A stretch of 64,000 bases of DNA from Squalus acanthias (Eukaryota): the NCBI GenBank assembly GCA_030390025.1, contig CM059433.1, positions 25,732,001 to 25,796,000 on the forward strand, in the 5' to 3' direction. Positions within the stretch are counted from its first letter, which is position 1. Every line of letters starts with the position of its first letter. The notes below the pieces were generated by a model, which saw nothing but the letters and a program-made list of their open reading frames with translations, ran no database searches and was not told the DNA's origin. Of this stretch, positions 37,822-51,027 are shown piece by piece. The translations under genes were made by a program, and so were the position numbers.

Positions 37822-40800
37822 TGTGGCGGATCGCCACCTAAACGGGCATTTGCCACTTTTCTGTCCGTGCACAATATATCGAGCACCTTGCCTTTAAGGC
37901 ATGAGAGAAGGAGTGGGTGGGTCCTCAGGATTTTTCCGGAGAATTCTGGGAGCAGTCTGTTCAGCCATTTTGGACCTTGCAGTTGTATTAAAAAGTCTCT
38001 GTTTTTCCACACATGGATTCAGTCTTAATTCGTGTTTCGCGGCAGCCTCAACATTGGTGACCCCGATGCTCAGAACGTATTCCGAGCACTGCAATGGCGG
38101 ACACAAACGCAGTTTCCATGAAACTGCCGGAGTTTTGGGAAAACCAGCCCGAAGCCTGGTTTCTCCAAGCTAAATCCCGCTTCCGGCTGCGAAACATCAC
38201 CACAGATTGGACGCAGTACGACTACCTCGTCACATCACTCGGTAGCGCCACAGTTTCGAAGGTTTGGACAGCGCTGCAGAACCCACCAGAGGAAGGCAAG
38301 TATGCACATCTCAAGGCAGCGCTCCTTAAAAAATTTATGGCCTCGGCATATCAGCGAAACTGCCACCTCCTCGGCCTTCCAGGCCTCAGTGATGCCTCAC
38401 CGTCAGACCTCCTCTCCCACATGCTCTCCCTCACCGACGAGAGCCCACCCGGATCCCTCTTCCGCACGCTGTTCATCCGCCAGGTCCCTCTCAGCATCCG
38501 CCCAGCGATCGTGGCGTCCGGCCTCACGAACCTGGAAGCCCTGGCCGATGAGGCCGACAAGCTGCTGTCCGCTCACTCCAGCCGCGACGTCACTCCGGAC
38601 CTGGCAGCCAATGCCTGGGCACGCCCCTCACCGGCCACCACGGGGCAACAACGCCCAGCCACCGGGCTCACGGGGCCTCCACGCCCCACTAACCCGGGCC
38701 ACTGTTACTACCACGCACGGTTCGGCGCCAGGGCACAACGGTGCACACCTCCCTGCTCTTTCAAGTCCGCCCCCGTACCAGCCCCCGCGATGGCTGTGGG
38801 CCACGCGGGCTCCCTGCTGTACTTCACGGATGACAAAACCGGCCGCCGGTTCCTGTGCGACACTGGGGCTCAGCACAGCATCATGCCGGCCTCCTCCCTC
38901 GACATCCAAAAGGGCGAACGAGGACCGGCGCTGGCCGCTGCTAAAGGCTCGGAAATCCGGACGTATGGCACCCGGACAGTCACCCTCGACCTCGCTGCTC
39001 GCCGCTACCGATGGGAGTTCATCACTGCCAAGGTGCTCTCCCCTCTCATCGGCGCAGATTTCCTGTGCGCCCACGGCCTACTGGTAGACGTCCCTCGTCA
39101 CCACCTCATGGACATGAACACCATGTCCCCCATCCTGGGCGCCATGGAAACCCGTCAATCCGCCGACATGGCGTCACAGTGCCACGCCCGGGCCACGGAT
39201 GACTACTCGGCACTCCTGGCCGAATTCCCGGCCCTTAACAATCCGACCTTCTCCGCGGAGGCCGCCAAACACGGGGTGGAACACTTAATCCCCACCACAG
39301 GCCCCCCAGTGTACGCCCACGCGAACAGGCTGGACCCTGCCAAACTGGAGATCGCGCGGACCGAGTTTGCCACCATGGAACAGCTCGGCATCATCCGCCG
39401 CTCCAACAGTCCCTGGGCCTCCACATCGCCCCCAAACCAGGCGGAGGTTGGCGCCCCTGCGGGGATTACCGCCGCCTCAACGACGCCACCACCCCTGATC
39501 GGTACCCCATGCCGCACATTCAGCTCTTCTCGGCTAGACTGGCCGGCCGCTCAGTCTTTTCCAAGGTCGACCTGGTGCGCGGATACCACCAAGTCCCCAT
39601 CCACCCCGCGGACGTCCCCAAGATGGCCGTAATCACCCCCTTCGGCCTGTTCGAGTTCCTGCAGATGCCCTTCGGCGTCAAAAACGCGGCCCAGGCATTC
39701 CAACGGCTCATGGACTCGGTCCTTCGGGACCTAAAGTTCCTGTTCATCTACCTGGACGACATCCTGGTAGCCAGTTCCTCCAAGCAGGAACACCTCGAAC
39801 ACCTTCGCATCCTGTTCAGACGCATCAGCGACCACGGGCTCATCCTCAGCCCAGCCAAATGCCAGTTCGGCCTGGACAAGATCGACTTCCTCGGCCACCA
39901 CATCACCCATGCTGGGGCCATTCCCCTGCCCACCAAGGTGCAGGCCGTCCAAGAATTTCCCCGCCCCACCACCATCAAAGGCCTCCAGGAGTTCCTTGGG
40001 ATGGTGAATTTCTATAACCGCTTCATCCCCAAAGCAGCGTCCCTCATGAGGCCCCTGTATGAAGCCCTCCGGGGCAGGAGCGGCAAGATGGCGGTCGAAT
40101 GGACGGCAGACGCGTCCGCCGCCTTCGACTCCACCAAGACCGCGCTCGCCAACGCCACTCTGCTCGCGCACCCACGGCCCAATGCCAGGGTAGCGCTCAC
40201 CACGGACGCCTCCGACCACGCGGTCGGCGCCGTGTATGAGCAGTGGGTCGACGGCGCCTGGCAACCACTTGCCTTCTTCAGCCGCCAACTACGCCCCCCG
40301 GAGGTCAAGTAAAGCACCTTCGACCGCGAGCTCCTCGCGCAGTTCCTGGCGGTCCGCCATTATCGGTTTTTGCTTGAGGGCCACCCCTTCACTGCGTTTG
40401 TCGACCACAAGCCCCTGACATTCGCAATAGCAAAGACAACCGACCCCTGGTCCGCCAGGCAGCAGCGCCAGCTTGCGGCAGTGTCCGAGTTCACCACGGA
40501 CATCCAACACGTCTCCGGCCGAGACAATGTGGTAGCCGACTGCCTCTCCCGCCCCGCCATCCACGCCGCACACCTGGCAGTCGACTACGCTCAACTCGCA
40601 GCAGACCAGATCACCGACCCTGATCTGCTCTCCGCACCTACCAACCTACCAGGGCTACGCCTGGCCGACGTCGCCTGTGGCCCGACCGCAGTCACGGTCA
40701 AGTGCGACATATCCCTATGTCAACCTCGGCCCGTCATCCCAGCGTCCTGGCGCCGCCGGGTATTCGACATTCTCCACAACCTCTCCCACCCCGGCGCACG

Positions 40801-42165
40801 TGCATCCATCAAATTGGTAGCCAACCGCTTTGTCTGGCGCGGCCTTCGCAAGGATGTGACTACTTGGGCCAACTCCTGCCTAGCGTGCCAACGGGCCAAG
40901 GTGCAGCAACACACGAAAGCACCCCTCGAGGAGTTTACCGTCCCCTCGCGGAGATTCGACCACATCCACGTGGACATCGTCGGACCCTGCCGCCGTCGCA
41001 AGGCCACACGCACTTGCTGACGATCGTTCACTGCACCACGCACTGGCCCGAGGCAATTCCACTGACCTCTACCACCACCGCCGACATCGCCAGAGCCTTC
41101 GTCAGCACCTGGGTCACACGGTTCGGCGTCCCCTCCGACATGACGTCGGACAGTGGTCCACAATTTACCTCTGAACTCTGGACCGCCGTCGCACGCAATC
41201 TCGCGTTGACCATTCACCGCACCATAGCGTACCACCCCCAAGCCAACGGACTGTGTGAGCGGTTCCACAGATCCTTGAAGGCATCTCTTCGAGCCAGCCT
41301 CCAGGACGGCACCTGGACCGACCGACTTCCATGGGTCCTCCTCGGCCTGCGCACCACGGTTAAAGAAGACCTCCACGCATCGGCAGCAGAGCTCGTGTAC
41401 GGTCAGCCGCTGCGCGTACCCGGCGAGTTCCTGCCCACCGCCACGACACCCTGGTCAGCCGACCAGCAATGCCACGACTTCGCCTCACCGGCGCTGCAGT
41501 TCGCCCCGCTGCCCATTGCCCGACACGGCGAATCCACCTCACACGTCCCACTAAGCCTGCACCAGGCACGGTTCATTTTCGTCCGGCACGACGGCCACCG
41601 CGGACCCCTTCAACCCCCGTACGACGGGCCCTACAAGGTGCTACAGGCTGGGGACAAATTTTTCACCCTGCAAGTGGGCGAAAGGACCGAAAAAGTGTCG
41701 GTTGACCGACTCAAGCCAGCACACTCAGAGCCCGGTGAGCAGGTCCCTGTAGCTCGTCCACCACCACGCGGCCGACCTGCCCTCAAGCTGGTTCACCCGG
41801 CGGCTCCACGCCGGCCGTTCCACGTCCACCGGCGTCCTACAAGAGCCGCTCCAGCCGGCCCATCAGACCGCCGCACCGTCTCGTCCACACCTCCTAAGCG
41901 GATTCTGGGGGGAGCTGTGTGGCGGACCGCCACCTAAATGGGCATTATCCACTTTTCTGTCCGTGGACAATATATCGAGCACCTTGCCTTTAAGGCACCT
42001 TGCCTTTAAGGCAGGAGAGAAGGAGTGGGCGGGGCCTCAGGATTTTTCCAGAGAATTCTGGGAGCAGTCTGTTCAGCCATTTTGGACCATGCAGTTGTAT
42101 TAAAAAGTCTCTGTTTTTCCACACGTGGATTCAGTCTTAATTCGTGTTTCGCGGCAGCCTCAACA
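37822..42165 (+). mobile_element. Full-length Ty3/Gypsy LTR retrotransposon, decayed
   Basis: LTRs at 37822-38053 and 41918-42165 (TG..CA); PBS TGGTGACCCCGA (tRNA-Trp type) from 38055; G-rich PPT ~41907-41917; imperfect 4-bp TSD GCTT/GCAT. Confidence 0.95.
38094..41917 (+). pseudogene. Gypsy gag-pol (Gag, PR, RT, RNase H, IN) with frameshifts and a premature stop
   Basis: KLPEFW Gag, CYYHARFG, LCDTGA, YLDD, TTDAS, HPG..CLAC, HVDIVG, ERFHR, PYDGPY. Lesions: 7-bp deletion ~39420, TAA at 40310, frameshift ~40990. Confidence 0.9.
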
Positions 42166-44774
42166 GCATATTCCTTTGTATTATCATTTGTGTCCAGGTC
42201 ATTGTTCAGTTCTGGAGGTACCAAGCCGAAAGTACTGGTCAGGCAGCTTTGAATCAATTGGCAGGTGTCAGCTTGGTTTGTTTCAGTATGTAGTTGCACA
42301 AGATGCGTGCAGGCGTTCATGGCTAACTGTCGAACAGGGCTCGGCCTCGATAAGATCCTGCATGTATGTAAGCAGCACCCTGTTTCTGATAAATTGATGG
42401 GAATTTTCCAGAGATTTAAATATAAGGATCTGGCTATCTGAGTCACAGTCTGTATTAGGCTGAGCTTTAGTGTGAGATCCCTGGATTCAGCCTTTATCCC
42501 CTGCCTACTTGTAATTAAATGACTAACAGCTGGCAGAATGTGGCTCTCGATGTTGAACAGCAGTTCCTCAGGTGCACAGACTGCTATGTTCCCTTCGCAC
42601 AGAACCAGTGTGCTCTTCACTTTATCCGATTCCTCATCAGCCTTGACCCTAAATCTGTTGGAGTTAGCAAACTCCTCCAGGCTACTGAGCGTATCATCAA
42701 AATGTGCCATGGCAGAGAAACCAATGGCGAGGGCTGCTCACTCTCTCTCCGCACTCTCACTGTGCTGCACACTCAGTAGCATTTGGTGAAGCTCCTCCCT
42801 TACGTTTTTAGTGTGGGTCTGGCAGAGCACTGACGCAAGAGATTTATATAAAAAGCCCTTCTCTTGTGGGGAATGATGGTTAGTGTTGATCTGTTTTGAT
42901 GTTTCATTAGCGAGCTGACATGTCCATTCCTCGTCATCAATCGTATTTAAAGCTAGGCACAAGACCGCCAATAATTTGTTCTCCCATTTCAACTGGGACA
43001 GAGACTCCTCTGAATTTTCCAGTAAATGGTCAACTAATGGTGCAAGCTCCTCTTCCCACCACCTCACTGATTCTGGGAGGATATTGAGACTCAGGACTTT
43101 CAGCACACTCAGTGCTGCAGCTCCTCGGCCTCCTCCCTGATACAGGCAACAAGTCACAATGAGGAACCGGGTTAGCAGTGCCTGGGCTTTAGGGAGATTG
43201 GCATCTTCATTGTAAGTAAGGGAAAAACCTTCACTACCGGATCGCAGATTCTTTTTCCCAATATGTGCTGAACAACTGCAGATTATTGTTAAATCCTTGG
43301 TGTACTTCGTAATAGTGACAAACTCCAGTAAAGATGGCCAAAGGACATCCTCCATCTTCACTGCAGTTGTGATCAAACACATCACTCTTTCACATAGTAT
43401 GACTAATTCTTCATCTGTTACTGGGTCTGGCTGATGATTGGGTGGTACCAGGGTCCCTGAATCAACTGGTACAGCACACTGTTGGATGAGGAATTGCACC
43501 TTTGCCTTTCCTCCCCTCTGGCTCAAGGTAACCTTGCTGGGCCATGACACATATTACCTGGGCAATTAGCTTCTTCTCCTGATTGCTGCTCTTGTCTAGA
43601 AGTACTGGTTTTATTGCAGCCACAATCTGAGCCATCTTCCTCTCCAAGTGCGATGAGACCGATGTGATGAAGTGCTTTCGTACAGTGAGTGTTCCTACTC
43701 TCATTTGTTGGTCAGCGTTCTCTAACTGAGATAAGAAAAATTCCACCATTTTGTCTGCATCAGCTGGGGCCAGAACTCTGAAAACAGCGAAGGATCTCAG
43801 TCTGGTTCTTCACAGCAAGATCATCAGTAGACTCCAGCGAAACACAAATCTGCTGGTGTAGCTTATTAAGCAGGATGTCCATTTGTGTTTTTAGCCCGAG
43901 ACACTTTATCTCTGTCACAACATCCATCTCTTGCAGAAATGCAGTTTGTACCACTTTGCTGTATTTTGTCCACCCCTGGGTTTCTGTGTTGTCATGGTTT
44001 TCATTGTGAGGCAGGGTTAAATAACTTCTCAGTTGTGATGAGGTCATGGGTCATGTGCCCATATAAGTCCTGCCAGATGTTTGTGGCAGTTTAAGGTCGG
44101 TGGTGGGGTTTAAGGCCCAGACCTGAGATACAGACCATACGGACAGGGCAACATTCAAAACCCTTGGCAGCCATATTGGATTGAGCAGCTGTTTGTTCCT
44201 AATAAAGAACTCACAGCACCATAGACACTCAGAGTACTTGTGACAAAAGATGTAGAAATGGGAGTGTAGGACAGACCTTTCCAGCAGAATTGCCCCAAAT
44301 TGGGAGGTTCATTGTCAGGGATTGAAGCTGCTTAATGATGTCATCAGGAAGTTGCTCTGACATCAGAGCGGTCCATTGTGACATTTGTTCCACTCGTCTC
44401 TCCTTTAAATCCTTGGGGGTAAAAATTAGGTCGCGCCCCATTTGGGGCGCAAATATCGTCCGGACGCAAATATTAGCGCCTGGCGCTAATTATCGGCACT
44501 GACTGGAAACTTTACTTTTACCGCCCCAGGAGGTGAGTGGAGCGCTAAATCAGGCGCTGCACACCTGTCTTAAGGCGCAAAGGCCAAGGAGTGAGGCGCT
44601 AACTCAGCGCGCGAGCGCAGCGCAGCTGCTGCCAGTTAGCGAGGAAACACAGACACACTGGCGCCGGCCACTTCTTAAAGCGGGGGGGGCCAACTTGCTC
44701 CCCAGCCACACCCTGCTCATTGCAGCCTTGAATCTCGGCCTGGAGAGACCTGTGAATCCATTTTGCTGCCAAGC

Positions 44775-46702
44775 ATGGAGAGGGTGAGAGAACGAGCTCA
44801 GCGCTTCACCGAGCGGGCCTTGGATGCTCTGGTTGGCGCGGTGGAGCGCAGAAGATGTATGCTCTTCCCTGAGAGTGGCAGGAGGCCTTTGCCACGCGAG
44901 TTCAGAAGAGTGTGGAGGGAGGTGGCTCAGAGCGTCTCCTCCAGGAGCATGGTGCCCAGGACCCATACTCAATGCCGCAAAAAGTTCAACGACCTCACTC
45001 GGGTCATCAGGGTGAGTGGCTTTTTCTCAATACCTCTCCATCCCTCCATCTCAACCTCACTCTATGGCCAGAGGGTCTTAAAACCCCAATGCACAACACT
45101 CATCCAACACCTATGGCCCTTTCATGAAACACACACACACATTCCACACATTGCATACAGTAAGGGCTATTCACCTATGGGAGGCACATCAGGCAACACC
45201 ATGGCTGTATACAGTAAGGGCTATTCACCTATGGGAGGCACATCAGGCAAGACCATGGCTGTATACAGTAAGGGCTATTCACCTATGGGAGGCACATCAG
45301 GCAAGACCATGGCTGCATACAGTAAGGGCTATTCACCTATGGGAGGCACATCAGGCAAGACCATGGCTGTATATTTACTCAGATGCTGTCCTTTTTCTTA
45401 CAGGCCAAGCTGGCGCATAATAGGAGACAGCAGCAACGGACAGGTGGAGGGCGGCCTCAGCTGCAACCACTCAGCGATCTTGAGGAGCGCGTCCACAGGA
45501 TTGTGGCAAGCCGGGTGATCGGTCCCGTCGCTACTGGAGACGCCGACCCCGTTCTGGACAGCAATGGTAAGGTCATCACCTTTTTGTCCTCTGTCCTTCC
45601 ACTTGTCCCTCACAACACCAGCCTTTGACACTTTCAATCCAGCTTACTAAATCGCTGCACTCATTCCTCCCTTACTGCCACCCTGTCCTCACGCTAAAGC
45701 CACTCTTGTACCTCCCTGCTTTCAGATGGTGATTCACCAGCTGAGGAGACGGGCCCTGAAGCTGCCACTGGGAGTGATGCCGCAGCTGAGGAGGAAGAGG
45801 AAGCCGGAGCATCAGTGCCACCCTCTCCCGAGGAAGCCCATGCCCACACTGGGAACACGCCTTCCCTGGAGGGGAGCAGGGGGGAAGGGTCTGATGAGGG
45901 TGAAGCTCCAGGACCCAGCGGGCTGCAGCAACGCCATGGGGGTAGGGAAGAACGGGGGCCTTCTCCCCAGAGGGAGAGTATGCCAGACACTCCTACTGCA
46001 ATGGACGCAGAGGAGGAGCGGCTGATCGCAGAAATGAACACCCAGGCGGTGGGCATGCACACTGAGCTCATGGGTGCAGTGGGAAGGGTGCCCGAATGCA
46101 TTGAGTCACTGGCAAGGAGTGTGGAGCACTTCGCTGTAGCACAGGCGGATGCCACACTAACGCTTAGTGCTGCAATTCAGTCACTGGCTGCCGTGATCCC
46201 ATCTCTGACTGCTCTCATACAGACTCAGATTGAGGCCACGCGAGCACAGACTGCTGCCAACCTCGATGGTTCGTGCACATGTCCCCGTGGCTGTCACCGC
46301 GCCGCAGCAGGCCAGCAATCTGTTCTCCAGCAGATTGCTCCGGATGCTGAAGTGCTGCCCCGTGGGAGTGCCAGTGTGTCGGGCGAGCAGGGTGTTGCTG
46401 TCCTCTCTCACGATGACAGCATTCCTGCTGCCAACACTGTCACTTCTCCACTGCACTTGCCACCGCCTGTAGGACAGACTGCTGCCGCCCATGCAGAGTT
46501 GGTGCAGTCTGCAGCCGGGCCCTCCAGGCCCAGAACTGGTCGAGGCCGTCCTTCAGGGGCATCTGCAGTGTCAGGGTCTGACGAGCAGCAGCCTTCCACC
46601 AGCCTTGCTGCAGCCACTGAGGTCCCATTACGGAGGAGCAGTAGGGTTAGAAGGGGGGAAGTGCGCAAGGGAAGGAGATCACCCTCGAAGGGCAAAAAGT
46701 AG
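44775..46702 (+). CDS. Harbinger Myb/SANT-like DNA-binding protein; predicted exons 44775-45011, 45404-45566, 45726-46702 (458 aa)
   Basis: RAQRFTERALDALV..W.EVA..V..RT..QCRKKFNDL domain. GT-AG junctions (agg|gtgagt, ttacag|gcc, aatg|gtaagg, ttcag|at) join in frame. Exon 2 contains RTGGG. Confidence 0.75.
45155..45370. repeat. 54-bp minisatellite, four copies, in predicted intron 1 of the Myb gene
   Basis: atacagtaagggctattcacctatgggaggcacatcaggcaa(c/g)accatggctg(t/c) repeated four times. Confidence 0.95.
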
Positions 46703-46996
46703 GAGGTGTGACAAAATGCTGGTCATTTTTTTATTAAAGTTCGAGGTTCATGGTCCATATTTTGTTTAGTGTTTTGGACATTATCTCCAGGTTGTGAGAA
46801 CCAGTTATGTTATTGACTGTTTTTTTTTGTTTATTTCTATGAGTTTGTCATGAGGAAATGACACACACAGAGTTTGTAAAATAAATAAGTTTCTGTATTC
46901 AAAATATACATGGTTGGTGGTTGGAATTATTGGTGCCTTGGCCGGCTTAGGGGTTGCGTGCTGGGTTCATTAATGTTGTTAGCAATGGCAGGGGCC

Positions 46997-48168
46997 CTAG
47001 AAGCGGCTTGCTATTAGCCGTTGACGGACGGCCCTTGCAGTTTGACCATTGTGGGCCGCCCTCCCGCCTTGGTGCTGCTGATGATCATCGTCCTCGTCCT
47101 CTTCCTCCTCTTCCTCCTCCTCCTCTGGTGGTGCTCCAGGGCCTGGTGGCATTGGCTGGGTCCTGAGGATTGCCATGTTATGCAACATGCAGCACACGAC
47201 TACGAAATTCGATACTCGCTCAGGCGAGTACTACAGGGCTCCTCCAGAATGGTCCAGACAGCGGAACCGTTGCTTCAGCACGCCGATTGTGCACTCAATA
47301 ATGTTCCTGGTAGCTTGATGGCTCTCATTGTACCGCAGCTCAGCAGGGGTGTTGGCGTACGGAGCGGTGTCATCAGCCAGGTGCTCAATGCATACCCCTT
47401 GTCCCCGAGAAGCCAACCAACTGGCTGATGCGGTGCCTCGAAAAGTTCTGCCACAGTAGTCTGGCGCAGGATAAAAGCATCGTGGCAGCTGCCAGGATAC
47501 TGGGCATTGACAGCGAGTACCAGCTGTCTGTGGTCACAGACCAACTGGACATTCAAGGAATGGAACCCCTTTCTGTTCCTGAATTCCTCGGCATTCTCAT
47601 GCGGAGCACACAAAGCCACATGCGTGCAGTCAATGGCGCCCTGCACCATGGGGAAGCCCGCTACCCTCGCAAAGCCCAGAGTGCGGTCACGCTGCTTGTC
47701 TGGGGTCATGGGGAAAGAGATGAACTCTCGTCTCCTTTCGAAGAGGGCATTTGTGACCTGCCGGATGCAGCAATGCACTGCGAACTGGGAGATATTGGCG
47801 AGGTCCCCAGCAGCAGCTTGAAATGAGCCAGTAGCGTAAAAGTTCAAAGCCACTGTGACCTTCACTGCCACCGACAGAGACATCCTGGACCTCAGTTGAG
47901 GCTGCAGATCTGGCTGCAGCAGGTGGCAGAGCTCAGTGACCACCTCCTTGCTGAATCGCAGCCTTTGCAAACACAGCTCCTCGGACATATGGATGTTGGA
48001 GAGCTGTTCACGATATACCCTGGGAGGGTAAGCTCTCCTGTACATACGCCTGATGGCCCTCCTCCGTCTGGCCATCATTGCCACTCTCTCTCTGCGTCTC
48101 TGTATCCTCCGATTCAGCTGGAGCAGGACGACGCCCCAATCAGTGCAGCCCCCATATTCTCTTTGCAA
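46997..48168 (-). pseudogene. Harbinger (HARBI1-like) DDE transposase with a frameshift (~47365) and a premature TAG (~47231)
   Basis: GAIDCTH, NRKGFHSLNVQ, PGSCHDAFIL, LLGDKGY, IECTIGVLKQRFRCL, CCMLHN. Confidence 0.9.
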
Positions 48169-49239
48169 GCAAAGTAATGAAGGACAGCAACTAAAGTAGC
48201 AGCGACGTTAGGATCAATAGGCAAAACTACCTCACAAAGCGTTGAGTCAATGTAGAAGTCTCTCTTTCTCTCTCTCCGAATCTCTCTCTCTCTCTCAGAA
48301 CGAGTGGTGCAAAAATGTCGACCACATAAAAAGACAGGAAGAGGCCCCCTTTAAATATCGCCCCCCCCAGCCCCACAGCGATTGATAGCATTCCAGTCTT
48401 CCGGTCGTTGGAAGCGCCAGGCGGTAAGGCAGGGGGCGCCACTCAATTTCCGCTCCGGGGCGCCACAAGGGCGTTGCACCATGGAATGACGTCACAATCT
48501 GCGCGCGCAGGTGGTCGCAGCGGTAAGTTTTAGTGCCGCTGCACAATCTCTAGTTAAGTTCCCGAGCGGCGCAAACATCGCTGTGCCCGGTCGTTAGCGG
48601 CTTTGCGCCCCATTAGCGCCCTCTTAAGGCGCTAACGAGAGGCGCAACCAACTGAATTTTTACCCCTTGTTGTCTATTGCCTACCACCCCAGATTTCTCA
48701 CCCACAAATCCTCCCTGTTTTCCTCCTTCAGCCTCTGCACTCAGTGACTCCTCATCCTCGGACATTTCAATCTCCATCTCAACTCCCCTTATCCTTTCTC
48801 CTCCGATTTTACTGCCCTCCTGTTGTCCCTTAAACACTCCTACCCATCACGTCCACCACTCTACTTTGCCATCTCTCCTGGCCTCACTACTTGCATGGTC
48901 TCAATCACTGACAAGGCCATGTCTGACCATTGATTTTATCAACCGTAACCCCCCCATCACCTTCCAACCTTATTTTCATCTGCGTACACACCTGTAAAAA
49001 ACCCTCTACAGGAAGATACGTACATTAGGAACAGAAAGAGACCATTCAGCCCCTTGGGTGTGCTCCGCCATTCAATTAGATCATGGCTGATCTGTACCTC
49101 AACTCCATTTACCCAACTTTACTCGATATGCCTTCATAACCTTACCTAAGAAAAATCTGATTTCACTGATCAATGATTCATGTCACAGCATTATGTAGCA
49201 CCTATTCAGATAGAGGTCTATACCTCTCCACTCGCTCAG

Positions 49240-50793
49240 CAACAACAACTACTAATATTAATATAGCGTCTTTAAAGTAGTAAAATGTCCCAAAGTGCTT
49301 CACAGGAGTTTTATAACACAATATTTGACACCGAGGCACATAGGGTGAAATTAAGGTGAAATTAGGGCAGATGACCAAAAGCTTGGTTAAAGAGGTAGGT
49401 TTTAAAGAGCGTGTTAATGGAAGAAAGAGATGTAGAGAGGTGGAGAGGTTTAGGCAGGGAATTCCAGAGCTTGTGGCCTTGGCAACTGAAGGCATAGCCA
49501 CCAGTGGTTGAGCTATTAACTTTAGGGATGCTCTAGAATCCAGATTTAGGGGAGTGCAGATATCTCGGGGTGGGGGTGGGGGCGGGCGGCGTGATTGTGG
49601 GGCTGGAGGAGATTACAGAGATAGGGAAGGGTGAGGCCATCGAGGGATTTGAAAACGAGGAGAATTTTAAAATCAAGGCGTTGATTAACCGGGAGCCAAT
49701 GTAGTTCAGCGAGCACAGGGGTGATGGGTGAATGGTACTTGGTGAGAGTTAGGACACAGGCAGCTGAGTTTTGGATGATATCAAGTTTACATTGGGTAGA
49801 ATGTTGGAGGCTAGCCATGAGTGCATTGGAATAGTCAAGTCTAGAGGTAACAAAGGCATGGATGAGGATTTCAGCAACTAATGAGCTGAGGCAGGGGCGG
49901 AGTTGGGTGATGTTACGGAGGTGGAAATAGGCGGTCTGAGTGAAAGCGCGGAAATGTGGCCGAAAGCTCATTTCTGGGTCAAATATGGCACCAAGGTTGC
50001 GAAGAGTCTGGATCAGCCTCAGACAGATGCTATGGAGAAGGATGGAGTCAATGACTAAGGAACAGAGTTTGTGGTGGGATCTGAAGACAATGGCTTTGGT
50101 CTTCCCAATATTTAGTTGGAGGAAATTTCTGCTCATCCAGCACTGGATGCAGTCTGACAATTTAGAGACAGTGGAGGGGTCGAGAGAAGTGGTGGTGAGG
50201 TAGAGCTGGGTGACGTCAGCTTACATGTGGAACCTGATGTTGTGTTTTCAGATGATGTCGCCAAGGGGCAACATGTCGATGAGAAATAGGAGGGGCCCCA
50301 GGATAGATCCCTGGGTGACACCAGAGGTAACGATGCGGTAGTGGGAAGAGAAGCCGTTGCAGGTGATTCTCTGGCTACGATTAGATAGATAAGAATGGAA
50401 CCAGGCGCATGCAGTCCCACCCAGCTATACGACGGTGGAGAGGCATTGGAGGAGGATGGAGTGGTCAACCATGTCAAAGACTGCAGACAAGTCAAGAAGG
50501 ACGAGGAGGGATAGATTACCTTTGTCACAGTCACATACGATGTCATTTACGATTTTGATAAGAGCCGTTTCAATACTGTGGAAGGGGCGGAAACCTGATC
50601 CAAACATGGAGTTCCGATAAAGATGGGCACGGATTGGGGATGCGACAACACGTTCAAGGAATTTGGAGAGGAAAAGGAGGTTGAGATTGGATGGTACTAG
50701 GCAAGGACTGAGGGGACAAGGGTTGTTTTTTGAGGAAATTGATGATGACAGCAGATTTGAAAGAGAGAGAACCATTAACAATATTAGCTAACA
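49240..50793 (-). mobile_element. L2-type LINE fragment (unit copy)
   Basis: ORFs 49546..50160 and 50425..50781. Confidence 0.9.
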
Positions 50794-50807
50794 TGGGAGC
50801 CAGAAGA

Positions 50808-50945
50808 GGGTGTTTGTCTGTGTGTGTTAGGGTGAGGGTTTGGGTGTGTGTCTGTCTGTGTGAGTGTGTATGTTTGTGTGTGTGAGGCTGAGCGTGTGTG
50901 ACGTTGTATGTGTGTGTGTGTATGTGTGAGGGCGAGGGTATGAGT
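50808..50945. repeat. Short (GT)n-rich tract
   Basis: Direct reading. Confidence 0.85.
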
Positions 50946-51027
50946 AGGTTTACCCACCCCCAGTCACACACCAGCGGTACCTGCACTGTTTGAAGATCGA
51001 CCGATAGTTGGAACAACAGGAAATCTA

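Larger units (their letters stand above)
31697..44412 (-). pseudogene. MROH1: MROH1-like processed pseudogene, copy 4 (interrupted by the LINE with nested Penelope, and by Gypsy)
   Basis: ORFs 42738..43550, 43462..43749, 42006..42710, 37049..37351, 36526..36879 and 32360..32761 contain the same HEAT-repeat fragments. Confidence 0.85.
44416..48666. mobile_element. Complete PIF/Harbinger DNA transposon (4251 bp)
   Basis: Perfect 12-bp TIR GGGGTAAAAATT; 3-bp TSD TTG; empty site cccttgttgtc in other units; convergent Myb/SANT and transposase genes. Confidence 0.95.

Noticed and set aside
38300..41700. Many overlapping and antisense ORFs in the Gypsy copies (also at 55350-57745)
   Set aside because: Expected by-products of GC-rich coding sequence, with no recognisable domains.
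45155..45370. Regular repeats that could be read as a CRISPR array or as a YSKGYSPMGG repeat protein in ORF 44763..45518
   Set aside because: The repeats are contiguous with no spacers, the context is eukaryotic, and they lie within a predicted GT-AG intron.
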